A stretch of DNA of 64,000 nucleotides. Origin: Camelus ferus. Taxonomy: Eukaryota. The position numbers and the translations under genes were made by a program. The notes beneath the pieces were generated by a model. It searched no databases. It saw nothing but the letters and a program-made list of their open reading frames with translations, and had not been told where the DNA came from. Each line of letters opens with the position of its first letter. Position 1 is the first letter of the stretch. Where the stretch lies: assembly GCF_009834535.1 (NCBI RefSeq), contig NC_045697.1, positions 188,001 to 252,000 on the forward strand, given 5' to 3'. This document shows, piece after piece, positions 38,672 to 50,438 of this stretch.

Positions 38672-41600
38672 AATTGTCTCAATAGATTTAAAAAGATAGA
38701 CATCATGCCAAGTATCTTCTTGGACCCAGTGGCAAAAAGTTAGAAATCAGTGACAAGAGGAAAACGGGAAAATCTACAAAACTGTGGAAAGAGAACAGCA
38801 CACTTTTAAACAATCAGTGGACCAAGAAGAAATCCAGGAGAGATGAGAAAACACTTAGAAGCAAATGAAAACAGAAACACAGCGTACCAGAACTAATGGG
38901 TGCAGTGAGAGCAGTGCTGAAGGGGAGGTTTATAGCCATCAACGCACTAAACACAAGGACGATCTCAGATCAACCCTTAGTTTACAACTTAAGGCACTAG
39001 AGAAAGAAAAATGCACTGAACCCAAAGCTAACAGAAGACAGAATGATAAAGATTGGAGGTGGGGAGGGCGTAGCTCAGTGGTGGAGCGTGTGCCTGGTGT
39101 GAACACAGTCCCTGGGCCTCCATCATAAGCAAATAAATAAATCGAATTACCTCCCCCCCCCCAATTAGAGCAAAGATAAAATAGAGATGAGAAAATCAAT
39201 GGTTCCTCCAAAAGTTCAGAAATACTGACAGACTTTGAGCTAGATGGATGAAGAAAGAGAGAAGACTCAGATTACTAAAATCTGAAATGAAAGTAGGGAC
39301 ATTACTACTGATTCTACAGAACTAGATGATAGGAGCATATCATGAACAGATTTACATCAACAGATTGGATAGCCTGGATGAAATGGACAAATGCCTTGAA
39401 ACACAAAAACTGCCCAGAGTAAATCTCAAAGATACAGAAAATCCAAACAGACCTGTACCTAGTAATGAGATTGGATCAGTATCCAGAAACCTCCCGGCAG
39501 AGGACGAGTGCTGCCAAGCTTCTAAAGGAGAGTTGATACCCGGCCTTCTCAGACTTTTTCAGAGACCTGAAGAGGAGGGAACACTTCCTAATTCATTCTA
39601 TGTGGCAGCATTACCCAGATACCAAAGTCAGACAATGACACTACAGGAAAACAACAGACCAATATCCCTTATGAACAGTGATGCAAAGGTCCTCAACAGA
39701 ATACTAGCAAGCAGAATCCAGCACGTTGCAAGGATTCACACACCCATGACCAAGTGCAGTTTATTCCTGGAATGCAAAGATGGTTCAGCACAGGAAAAAT
39801 GGATTGCTGTAGTATGCCTCATCACAGGGTGGAGGAAAACCCAAGCAAGCATTTGACAAAAAAACAAGCATTTGACGAAATTTAGTTCCTTTCATGGTAA
39901 ATACACTCAACAAACCAGAAATAGTAGCCATATATGAAAGTAAAATCCATATCTGAGAAACCCATTATGAACATCGTATTCAGTGGTGAAAAACTGAAAG
40001 CTGCTTCTCCAAGATCAGGAACAAGGCAAGGACACCAGCTTTTACCGTTTCTAGTCACCATAATCCTGGAAGTTCTAGCCAGCAAAATTAGACGAGAAAA
40101 AGAAAGAAAACACACCCACTGGAAAAGAAGAACGTAGAAAATTATCTCTATTTGTAGATGATATGATTTTATATGTAGGTTCCACACACAAAAAAAAACC
40201 TGTCAGAACTAATCAATAAATTCAGTAAGGTAGCAGAGTACAAATTCAACAGAAAAATCAGATGCATTTTTGTACACACGCAGTGGACAATATGAAAAGA
40301 AAATTGCAAAAATAATTTTATTTATAATAGCGTCAAGAAGAATAAAATACTTAGGGATTAACCAAGAAGGTGAAAGACTCATATAATGAAAATTACAGAA
40401 ATTGCTGAAAGAAATTAAAGACACAAGTCAATGGAAATACACCCCACCTTCATAGACTGGAAGACTTAATATTGTTAAAATGTCAGTATTACCCAGGTGA
40501 TCTACAGATTTGGTACAATTCCTGTCAAAATCCCAAAGATACTTCTTACAGAAATAGAAAATCCATCCTAAATTTTTCATGGAATCTCAAGGGACCCAAA
40601 TAACCAAAACAGTCCTGAAAGAGAACAGACTGGAGGACTCACACTTCCTGCTTTCAGAACTTACGACAAAGCCACGGTAATCAAAACAGTGTGGTGCTGG
40701 CATACAGACAGACATCCAGACCAGTGGAATAGAATAGAGAGCCCAGAAATAAACCCTCCAAGTGGTCAACTGATTATTGACAAGGGTCCCAAGATCCTTC
40801 AATGGGGAAAGAACAGTCTTTTCAGCAAATGGTGCAGGGAAAACTGGATATTTACATGAAAAAGAATGAAGTTTGACTCTTACCTAACACGATATACAAA
40901 ATTTAACTCAAAATGTTTGAGGGATACGGGCCAAAACTTTGCGACATTGGGTTTGGCGATGATTGCTAGAACACCAAAGGCAGGGGCAACAAAATTAAAA
41001 ATAGACAAATTGTACTTCCTTAAAATTGCAAAAAGGATTGTACAGGATGGGAGAAAGTGTCTCCAAGCCATATATCACATAGGAATTACTGTCCAGAATA
41101 TATAGAGAATTCCTAAAACTCAACACACACACAGAAAAGCCAAACAGCTCAGTTAAAACATAAGCAAAGGGCTTGAATAGACGTTTCTCCAAAGAAGGCA
41201 CACGTCCAGCAGGCACAGGGAAGACGCTCAGCATCCACGGCCACGAGGCAGATGCAAGCAAAACGGGTCACGGGCCCCCCGCACGCCCAGGCTCTGGCTG
41301 CTTCGTGAGAAGTGAGGGTGTGCGAAGCTGGAACCCCCGTGCACTGCTGACGGATGTGAAATGGTGCCATCACTGTGGAAAACAAAAATCAACTACCATA
41401 AAATCCAGTGACTCCACTTCGGGGTAATACCCAAAAGAATTGAAAGCAGGCTCTCGGGGAGATCCTGGTACCCCCCACATTCACAGCAGCACTGTTCACA
41501 ATAGACAGAAGGTGGAAGCAGCCCAGGTGTCCATCGGTGGACGGCGGATAAGTACAACGTGGTGTGTGTGTATCCACATGGCAGAGTGTGACTCAGCTTC

Positions 41601-41945
41601 AACAGGATGGGAATTCTGACACTGGCTACAGCCTGATGAAACTTGAAGCCTTCCTGCTCCGTGGAGCAAGCCGATCACAAAAGGGCATGTGCTGTGTGAC
41701 TCCACTTGTGTGAGGTCCCTGGAGTCCCCAGAGTCACAGAGACAGAAGTGGAATGGGATGTCTGGCTGAGGGAAGGGTGGGAAGTTACTGATTAATGGGG
41801 ACAGAGATCCACAAGATGAAGAGTCTGTAGGTGTGGGTGTGGATACACTTTATGAATGTGTTTAATCTCCCGAGCTGTGCACTTAAATGGTTAAGATGGC
41901 AAATTTTATGTGTATTTTACCACAACTTTTTAACACTAAAAAGGA
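38672..41945 (+). mobile_element. L1 (ORF2 RT to 3' end, L1MB-like) inserted in the MaLR 3' LTR
   Basis: ORF 39326-39856 NNRPISLMNSDAKVLNRILASRIQ and ORF 39934 RSGTRQG are L1 RT. 3' end cacttaaatggttaagatggcaaattttatgtgtattttaccacaa. Confidence 0.9.
39060..39162 (+). mobile_element. Vic-1-like SINE nested in the L1
   Basis: ggggagggcgtagctcagtggtggagcgtgtgcct...aaataaataaatcgaattacctccccccccc. Confidence 0.8.
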
Positions 41946-41957
41946 ATGAACTATCGA

Positions 41958-42180
41958 TACACACGGAAGAGGGTGGAGGGAGTCTCGAGGCATGGAGTGG
42001 ACGGCCACCTGAAGACAGAGGCAGAGGCAGAGGTTGGAGGGAGGAAGCGGCGAGTCAGGAGCCTGGAGCCTCGGAGAGTGCGTGCCTGCTGCTCTGGGAC
42101 TGGACCTGACACACCGCCTCTCTTGTTTTATGTCCGCAGTTGTGGTGTTTCAGTGGCAGCCACAGGAGACACAGATTCCA
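41958..42180 (+). mobile_element. Remainder of the MaLR 3' LTR
   Basis: gaagacagaggcagag...ttgtggtgtttcagtggcagccacaggagacaca parallels the 5' LTR end ttgtggtactttgtcatacctgccacaggaaacca. Confidence 0.65.
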
Positions 42181-42199
42181 GACCCTTCTCCCCTGCCTT

Positions 42200-43080
42200 G
42201 AGGGAGAGGTTTAAAAGGCCATCTGGGTCAGCATCACTTGTCATCAGGGAAATGCAAATTAGAAGGCCCCATGCCACACCTGTCAGCACAGCCGAATCTG
42301 GACACTGACGTCCCTGGCACCGGGAGGACGCAGAGCAGCAGGCGTGCTCATCACTGCGGGTGGGGACGTGAGATGGTGCAGCCACTTCGGAAGACAGTTT
42401 GGTGGTTTTTCACAAAACTAAACACGCCCTTACTATACAACCCAGCAGTCCCACTCCTTGGTGCTCAGCCAGAGGAGAAGACTTACATCCACACAAAACC
42501 CCGCACACAGACGTCTACAGCAGCTTTATCCGTCGTTGCCAGAACCTGGAAGCAACCAAGATGCCCTCCGGCAGGTGATGCATAAATAAACTGTGGTTCC
42601 TCTGGACGCGGGAATATTATTCAGCACTAAAGAGAAGTGAGCTGGCACGGCATGAAAAGACACGGAGGAACCTTAAATGCACATCACCGAGGGACAGAGC
42701 CCGTCTGAAAAGGCCGCAGACGGTATGAGTCCACCTGTGCGGCATCCTGGAAAAGGCAAACTATGGCGACGGCGACAAGACCAGTGTCTGCAGGGGTTGG
42801 GGGAGGTGATCCAGCAGAGCAGGGGGTTTAGGGCAGTGAAACACTGTGCGCTGACACTGCAGTGAGGACGCCTGTCACCGCACATTTGTCCAAAGCCACA
42901 GAGCGCACAACACCGAGCGTGACCCCTGACGTGAACTGTGGGCTCCGGGTGGTGATGACGTGTCGGTGCAGGTTCACCGTCTGGGACAAGTGTGCCCTCC
43001 GTGGCGGTGTTGACGGCGGGGAGGCTGCAGGATAGGGGCAGGAGATACGTGGAACTAAAAATAGTTTTTTAAAATAAAAA
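42200..43080 (+). mobile_element. L1 3' end (L1MC-like)
   Basis: catcagggaaatgcaaatt...ggaagacagtttggtggtttttcacaaaactaaac...cctggaagcaaccaagatgccct. Confidence 0.8.
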
Positions 43081-43365
43081 ATGAAAGAACTGTCTGTGGA
43101 GCCCTTTCCCACTGAGGCAAGCGGGACAAACAGCCCAAGAGCGGACCGATGTGGGGGGCAGGGTGCTCTTTGGATGAGAGCAGCCTGGGGGCTGCAGCCC
43201 CATAAAAGGGGCGGGGCTGTCTTGTTGGGCGTGGACTGGGGCTCCTTTCCACCTGTGCTGCCCCAGAAAGGAGGGCAGGGCCCTTCGCCAACTGAAACGT
43301 GTGACCCGACTGGCATCGCTGGTATGGACAGAGGCCCCGCTGACTGAGTCTCGTTTTTCCACCAG

Positions 43366-43446
43366 CTGGACATTCTATGCAATGAGGAGATCCTGGGCAA
43401 GGACCACACACTCAAGTTCGTAGTCGTCACAAGGTGGAGATTCAAG
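43366..43446 (+). CDS. PCGF3: PCGF3 coding exon 7 (RAWUL)
   Basis: tttttccaccag|CTGGAC... encodes LDILCNEEILGKDHTLKFVVVTRWRFK. Donor AAG|gtgaga. Confidence 0.97.
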
Positions 43447-43845
43447 GTGAGACCCTGCCCTGATAAGCTTTATTTGATTTTCAGGACCTGCTCTGAATAG
43501 TGGCTGCTTTTTTGTGCGTATTTTCATTTGAGAGCTTACGAATTGTTTTGAACTCAGTCATTCTGAAATCACCAACCCCAGAGTTGCCCCGGGGAAGGCA
43601 CAGTCCGCAGGCAAGGTGACCAGGGTCCTGGGGAGGAGGGACCACTGCCATCAGAGGTACCCTCAGGCCTTTGGTGCCTCTTTCTGAAGCAGAAAGCAGA
43701 TGTGTCCCCAAGGGCTGGCCGGGGTCTCTCCCACTCGCAGCCTCCGGGGAGAAGGGGGGAGACAGCCGGGGCAGAGTGTGGGGGCGTGGGTCCTCTTCTG
43801 GTGGCCCCTGTGCCCCGTCGCCCTCACCCCTGCGTCGTCTTACAG

Positions 43846-43893
43846 AAGGCGCCGCTGCTGCTGCACTACAGACCCAAGATGGACCTCCTGTGA
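43846..43893 (+). CDS. PCGF3: PCGF3 last coding exon (KAPLLLHYRPKMDLL*)
   Basis: gtcttacag|AAGGCG..., stop TGA at 43891-43893. The eight exons sum to 729 nt = 242 aa + stop. Confidence 0.97.
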   Translation, partial: KAPLLLHYRPKMDLL

Positions 43894-46800
43894 GCCGGGC
43901 ACGGGGCCAGGCGGGACTGACACGCAGGACGTGGCCCCGGCGCCACGCGGACCAGGCTTCTGAGCAGAGTGTTTATGACTTTCGTACGAGACCCGCCCTC
44001 GACAAGACACTACCAGCACCGGGGCTGCGGGCGCCTGGGTCCGGACTGGAGGGGCTTCCTCCTGCCTCCTTACCTTTGCTTCTTTCCAGGCCTTGAAGAT
44101 CGCCGATACTTTCGTTCAGTTTATGAATCAGGTTTCATGACAAGCCCCCAAAACACTTGTACGTTTATTGAACCCTTCCTAAGTTATTGAAAAAAATGTC
44201 TTTTCATGGTGAATGACAATATTTATGTTGCTTTTACCTTCCTGAAGACTTGGAAGATATATAAAAATTTCATTTAAAAGCGTACCAAAAGAGGTTTCCA
44301 TGAATACATTAGCCAAGCGACTTCACAGCCCTGGGCGGGGGGGATGCAGGGGGGCCTGCCTCGCCTCCCGCACAGTCGCCGGAGGTGCTTTGAGCAGCGC
44401 GACGCCAGTTTGCAGAACAAATCTTGTTCGTAAAAACTGCTTCTGTTAAACAGGCACAGGTTGTGTAGTTTCCTGCCTCTTGCTGAAGAGGTGGATGGTG
44501 GCGGCGTGCAGGCCTTTCTGAGTCGGCGCCTCTGGTGGGCAAGGGGCTGGTGCCAATGGGCAAGTTTGCAGCCGGAGCCCAGATTTGTGGACCCGGTTCC
44601 CACTGTCCACCCTTGGAGGTGGGTGAGGATGGGGCGGGCAGCGGAAGCTGCTTTCTCAGTTACTTAATGACCTAAACTCGAGGCAGCACACCCTTTGTTA
44701 ACCTTTTCTCCTCCCAAATGTTAATATTTTTGTGGAATTGGAGAATAAACTCTTTGCCAGCACATAGAATTTTGTTCCTTTACAATTGTAACTTGGCATG
44801 TAAAGGCAGGAACGAGGGGCAGGCCTCTCCTGGGCAGTGGGAGCCCGACCCCGACCCCATCTGTGAGTCGGCTGGCTTCCTGTGGAACTGTGGGCTCGCC
44901 ATCCTCTGTCTCCCCCAGACCCCGGGGTCTGGGCGCCTTTGTTTGGTAGGTGGTCCTGACAGTGTGGGCTGGGTTTTCCGTGATGAATTTCACCTTAGTG
45001 ACTAGACCTCTTCTTGAATTTGCTTTGGAAGTGGTCAGTTTGTCTGTTTTCTCCCGCTTCCTGTTTCACGTGCACAAGTGCCAACCCAGGTCCTCAGTGA
45101 TGAGGGAAACATCCAGACCAACTCAGGCCTAGTGGTTTTAATATAAGGCCTTTCAAAAACATAAAGACAAGATTCTGTTCAGAATTGGGCCAAAGTCACC
45201 TCTTTATTTCAGCCCATTCCGCCCAGTGATGTTTGAATTATTCAATTCCCTAAGCTCGCTATCCATCCAAATCACTTTTTAGAGTTACTGCAAGGGTTTA
45301 ATGAGCAGATGTGTATGAGTAAATATTGCCCGTCTACCTCAGATACACACTTCTGCTGAAGCGCTCCGTAAGACCGTAAGTCGCCACAGCGCAGTTCAAG
45401 TGTGACGTTAGAATCTAGGTACTTTCCCATGTGGTGAAAGGAAGGAAGGGCGAACAGTAGGACCTCCAGACCCAAAACGAATTCACAGGTCAGACTAAAA
45501 CGAGCGCCGCTGTAACAGCCTCACACTTGCACTTTGTAGCTCTCCTTGAAGCCACTTGAGTTTGCTATGGTGCTAAGCTGACGTACTCACACAGAAGGTG
45601 GAGGGGGTCGGACCTCTCCTGCTGACCCCGCGTCCGTAATTGTGCTAACCTGATGAGACCTCAGCAGCAGAAGTACCTGTTTTTCTAACATTTCCTCGTG
45701 CAGACCGTCCTCGCTGCCCGAGACCCCGGTGGTCACGGCCCCCAGTCTGACCGCAGCCCCGAGGGCTGGAGCGCGTGGGCCTCTCCGTCCGGGGGAAGCG
45801 CCTGCTGGGCCCTGTCACTGCTCTCACGCTTCCATGTAACGTCAAAGGCAAGAGTTTTATTTTTTCCAGCATGAAAGCCAGGATCAGTTAGTGACTGGAT
45901 CCTATTAAGTTTTTTTTTTTTAACAGATGGAGTTACTGTGAAATCATTTTCACAACTGTTTATGCTGGTGAAACACATGCCGTTCGGCTGCATAACGGCG
46001 TCCTCTTCAACAGTGGGACCTGTCACCTGTGCACAGTCTCACTAGATACAGTTTTCATGAAAATAGAAAACACAGATAGAATATATAATATTGAATTTAA
46101 GATTTGGGGGGGTTAAGAAAAAGAAAACTTAACTTTATAAAATTATTTATTCTATTTTAAGCCTTCTATCATATTTTCCCATCCACTTGTTTGGTTTCAG
46201 TGGTCCAGCTTTATTTACAGGCATATAAAATGAAATTGTGAGATGTTTTGCAAGCTTCTTATTTTTACTTTGAGTAGCTTTTAATTTGTGTGTTTTGTTT
46301 TATGTGGATGAAGAGCATTTTCTGCTTTTGTGCAATAGGGCTCCAACACGCATCCATAGACACACGTTTAAATTGTGATGTAGTATCTTTCTGCTGAATC
46401 GAAAGGGAATGTGGGTGGACTTTGAGAACATGCACCTCCAGCTGTCTGACTTTTCCTTCTCTGTAGCTGTTACTGTAATAATGCTTTACGGGGACTGTGC
46501 AGGGAGGGCCCATGCAGGTGGCCCGGGACGCACCACCCCTTCCCCCACAGGGGTGAGGGCGCTACTTTCCCTGGGCCTGCGGCCTTGACGCCTCCCCGTG
46601 GCATTTGAAGTCTTGGAAATTCGTTAATTTTTTTCCTCAAAGCCCCCAGGATGGATTTTGCAGTGATTTTGAAAAGTGTCATTGGATTGAATGTTCTAGG
46701 AAAGAGCCAGCTTCTACTTTGTACGTAAACGTCTGATGTGCTCGCAGACGCTGAAAATAAATGTAGTGCAGACAGAGAAATCACGAACAGTGCAGTTCGT

Positions 46801-47410
46801 CTGTTTCCTCAGGAAATCATTTCACTTCCCCACATCACTCGTGAACTTCCAGTGCTAGACCAGTGTGTTTCTCTGCCTTGGCATTTAACAAACTAAGTTG
46901 GGATAAGCCGGTTAGAAACCTATTCCAGCCCCAGAGCCTTCACCATGACCTGTCCCTGCAGGGCCGACCGCTCTCCGCCAGCTCGTGAGTCACCTCGCCA
47001 AGAGCACACCTGAGGGACCAAAGCTTGAGCGTCCCCTAAAATGTGTGTGGCATTAGTGGAAATGTCTATTCCAACAACTTAATTGGGCCTAAGAAGACTG
47101 TTCTTTCCCCGACGACGTGGTGTTTGGGGCAAGAGCTCGCCGCCAAGCCCGGGCGTCCGAGTGGCCACTTGGAAGCTGGGGAGGGTTATGGAGGTGACAC
47201 TACAGACACGTTTTTGACTGTTTATTTTGAAAGTTTACATTTTTTATGCTTTGTGTTGGTGTGTAATTTTTGTACTATTGGTGGCTAGTTTTTGTCTAAA
47301 ATCTTTTTTGGAATATTGCTTAAATGTTTTGATTTTATGATAGTGAAGCTTGTATTCAGTGTTTTGCCAATTAATATTATATGCTTGTAATAAAAGCAAA
47401 AGAAAAAGTT
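43894..47410 (+). other. PCGF3: PCGF3 3' UTR (long, with AU-rich blocks)
   Basis: No obvious interspersed repeat after the stop. AU-rich blocks at ~46070-46330 and ~47210-47410 end in AATAAA at 47389. Confidence 0.75.
47389..47394 (+). terminator. PCGF3: PCGF3 distal polyadenylation signal AATAAA
   Basis: AATAAA preceded by U-rich sequence and several TGTA (CFIm) motifs. Repeat-derived sequence starts shortly downstream. Confidence 0.75.
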
Positions 47411-47689
47411 ACCTAATTCTCCCAGGCTGGACCTTTGTTATGTAAGATACAGTGTAACACACTATAACAAAAAATCTCCCCCCTCCCAGTGCCAGTGAGG
47501 ACCGCATGCACGTGCACAGGTGCACAGCACACGCACACACGTGCACACGCGTGCCGCGGTCAGGCCGTCCCCTCCCCAGCCCCAGTCCTGCACCATCATG
47601 GGCTGACGTGACCTCGGATGCAGAACTTCTTCAGTTGGTCGTTGGGCACAGAGGCCGGACAGGACTCTGAGAGCCCACGCGTCCTGCTG

Positions 47690-48243
47690 CCCAGAGAGAA
47701 CACACGGTTCCTGCGCACAGTAGAGGAAAGTGCAGTGTTTATCACAGGCACCAAGCGCGGAGTGCAGGTAGCTCATGCTCCAAAGTCCCCAACTCCCCGA
47801 AGGCCTTCGGGGAAATTTAAAGTTAGGGTGAGGGAGGGGGGCTGTGAGGTGCATGGTCAGCTCATGGACGGTCTTCTGACTGGCGGGTGGTGAGTCATCA
47901 GGAGTCGACGTCTTCAACCTTCCGGGTCCAACCGGTCTGAAGTCTCCGTGCTTGTGGGCAGCACAGTTAGCTTCTTCCACCTGTCTCCACCAGTCTCTGC
48001 AAAGCAGCTCAGAGGACCTGGTGCAGGACGTTATCTACAGCCCTTGAGCAGGAACTAAAGGTCCTTGACTTTGTTTAATGGCTAAATGTTACTATTTTGT
48101 CTTGCTTGACTGTGTTCTTTTGTTTCTGCATTTTCTCACTTTTCTGATTAAATTTATCCTTTAAACTCAGAAAAGGCCTGGAGGATAAAACTTTTTCTAC
48201 CAATAAGAATCAGGCTGGGGACATGGGGTCCTGCTCGGTTACA
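47690..48243 (-). mobile_element. ERV1-like solo LTR
   Basis: The minus strand begins tgtaaccgagcaggacccc; A-rich U3, TATA-like tttaaa and a degenerate poly(A) signal gataaa towards the 3' end. Confidence 0.65.
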
Positions 48244-48254
48244 ATATCACATAC

Positions 48255-48900
48255 TCAGAGTCATGTCTCCTTGGGCTCCTCTTGGCTGTGACATTTTCTC
48301 AGATACTCCTTGTTTTTTATGACCTTGACAGTTTTAGGGAGTGCTGGTCAGTTACTTTATAGAATGTCCCTCAAGCGGGGCTAGTCTGATGCTTTTCTCA
48401 TGGTTAGACTAGGGGTGTGGATTTCAGGGAGGAGGGCTGCAGAGGTGGGGTACCCTCCCTCACCACATCACTTCAGGGGCACTTACCATCAACACCAACG
48501 ACCCGTCACCGCCGACGTGGACCTTGATCCACTGAGGGTGGTGGTGGTTTTCTGGTTTTTCCACTGCAGTGATCCTATCAGCCCTTTCCATAGGGAGGAC
48601 GTCATGATGTGCGGCGCACACTGAAGAGTGGGGAGCCTACTCCATCTCCTTGGGGGCAGAGCATCTACATCAAATACTTAGAATCCTTCTGCAAGGGAGA
48701 TCCACCTTTTCCCCATCTATTTATTTTTCTCAGTCATTCATGGCAATGTGGACTCACGGACATTTATTCTATGCCTGGGTTCAATCCAACATTACTTTGC
48801 TTTGTTGCAAAAACTGGTCCAGATTTGGGAGCTCAGTCCTCTGACATGGGTTTGTTTTTGCTATTTAGCATTTCCTTACTTTCAGGCTCATCTTAAATAA
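48255..48900 (-). mobile_element. L1MC4-like 3' end
   Basis: tttatgaccttgacagttttagggagtgctggtcagttactttatagaatgtccctcaa...tctcatggttagact. Confidence 0.7.
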
Positions 48901-50099
48901 TTCCTGCCCTGGTCATCAGTGAATTCCTCCTGACTGGTGAATTTAGATTATTTATTTAACTTTATTTCTGCTCATTGTCTGAGGAATTAACTGTGGGAGA
49001 ATCCGTATGGATTCCATCTGACCCTGGAAGTTCCAGCCAGGCCCTGCCCCTACTGTCTGGCCCCAGTCCTGGGAGGGTGAGGGAGGGGCCAGGAGGTGGA
49101 TGGGGCATGTGGCCAGGGCCTGGTGGCTTGTGTGGGCAGACGCTGACTTCTGGCCAACAAACCCTAGAGTCTAGGACTCCTTTGAGAAGAAACGGGTTTT
49201 GGCCGCCTGGATACAGAGCACAGGGCCCTCCTCGTGGGCCAGCTCTCTCTGCAGCTGCACGAGCAACAAGCTCTGCTTAGCGACCAGTGGAACCTGCAGA
49301 TTGAGGCAAATCAAAGGCCAGCGCTTGGGCCAGGATTGAAGGCCAGTCAACAACACATTAATATGTACCTGAGAAGCCATCCTTGCACAGGGAACCTTGA
49401 CGGAGACAGCTAGGGAGAAGGAATGGCAGGAATGGTGCCCAGGACGTCCCCCAGCCCCCCCAGGTCTCCTACTCCCAGAAGCTTCCCGAAAACAGGGGCT
49501 TTTGCTAGGCTCCCCAACCCCTCACCCCAGCCCGTCCCAGCCTTCAGGTCTTTCCCCTGCCAGGCCAGCCTGCTCTTTCCTGGCATAATCCTTTGCCCTC
49601 TCCACAGCATAAACCTCAATGTGCTTCCTCGAGGGTGCAAGAAATCGTGTTTTATTTTGTAGAAATCAAACTAAATTTCACTCCCACGCTGCATCCTCTG
49701 GGGCTGAGAGAAATCACTCAGGGCGCCGTTGGGGCCTGGGGGCTGGTGCTTAGCTCTGGGTGGGGTTCCTGGAGCACCACCAGGCTCCACCTGCAAGGAC
49801 AAGGGACGTGGACAGCACAGGACTCTAGGTGCCCGGGACTCTGGTACTTCCCTGAGCCTCAAGCTACCACTAACGGCCAGCACTGGCCACTGGAGCCTGC
49901 TCTACCCTCTACACCCTCCGCAGCTGCAGCTACTGACGTCCTGCCGGAACCCCTCCCGCCCCCAGGCTCTGTCCCTAGACAGCCATGGACCTCTCAGCCC
50001 GCTTGGGCCCTCCCCCTGGGCCTCACACCCCCAGCGCCACGACCTTGGAGGACTAGTGTGGGGGCTGGGCGGTTGGCGGGAGGGTTGACCCCACCCCAC

Positions 50100-50398
50100 A
50101 AGGTCGTCTGTGGGACGCAGGCGCCCTGCGCTCCGCCTCGACTGGCCCAGCGCAGGGAGGGCCCGGAGGACACGGGGAGGGCGCGGGAGGGCCAGGACGG
50201 TGCGGGAGGACACGCGCTCCAGCTCAAGGACAGCCCTCCACCCGCCGCGCGCAGCCCCTCCTGCCTCGGCGTCGCGGGGCTCGAAGTAGCCGGGCTCCGG
50301 CCACGTGACCCCCTCGGAGCCAATCGCAGCGGTCCGATCCGGCACGCGCTAATTGGCTCAGGCCAGGCGGGGGCGGGGCCGCCTCGCCGGGGTCCCGC

Positions 50399-50438
<40 letters not shown>

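Noticed and set aside
39326..39856. Functional reverse transcriptase ORF
   Set aside because: Fragment of a frameshifted, 5'-truncated L1 ORF2.
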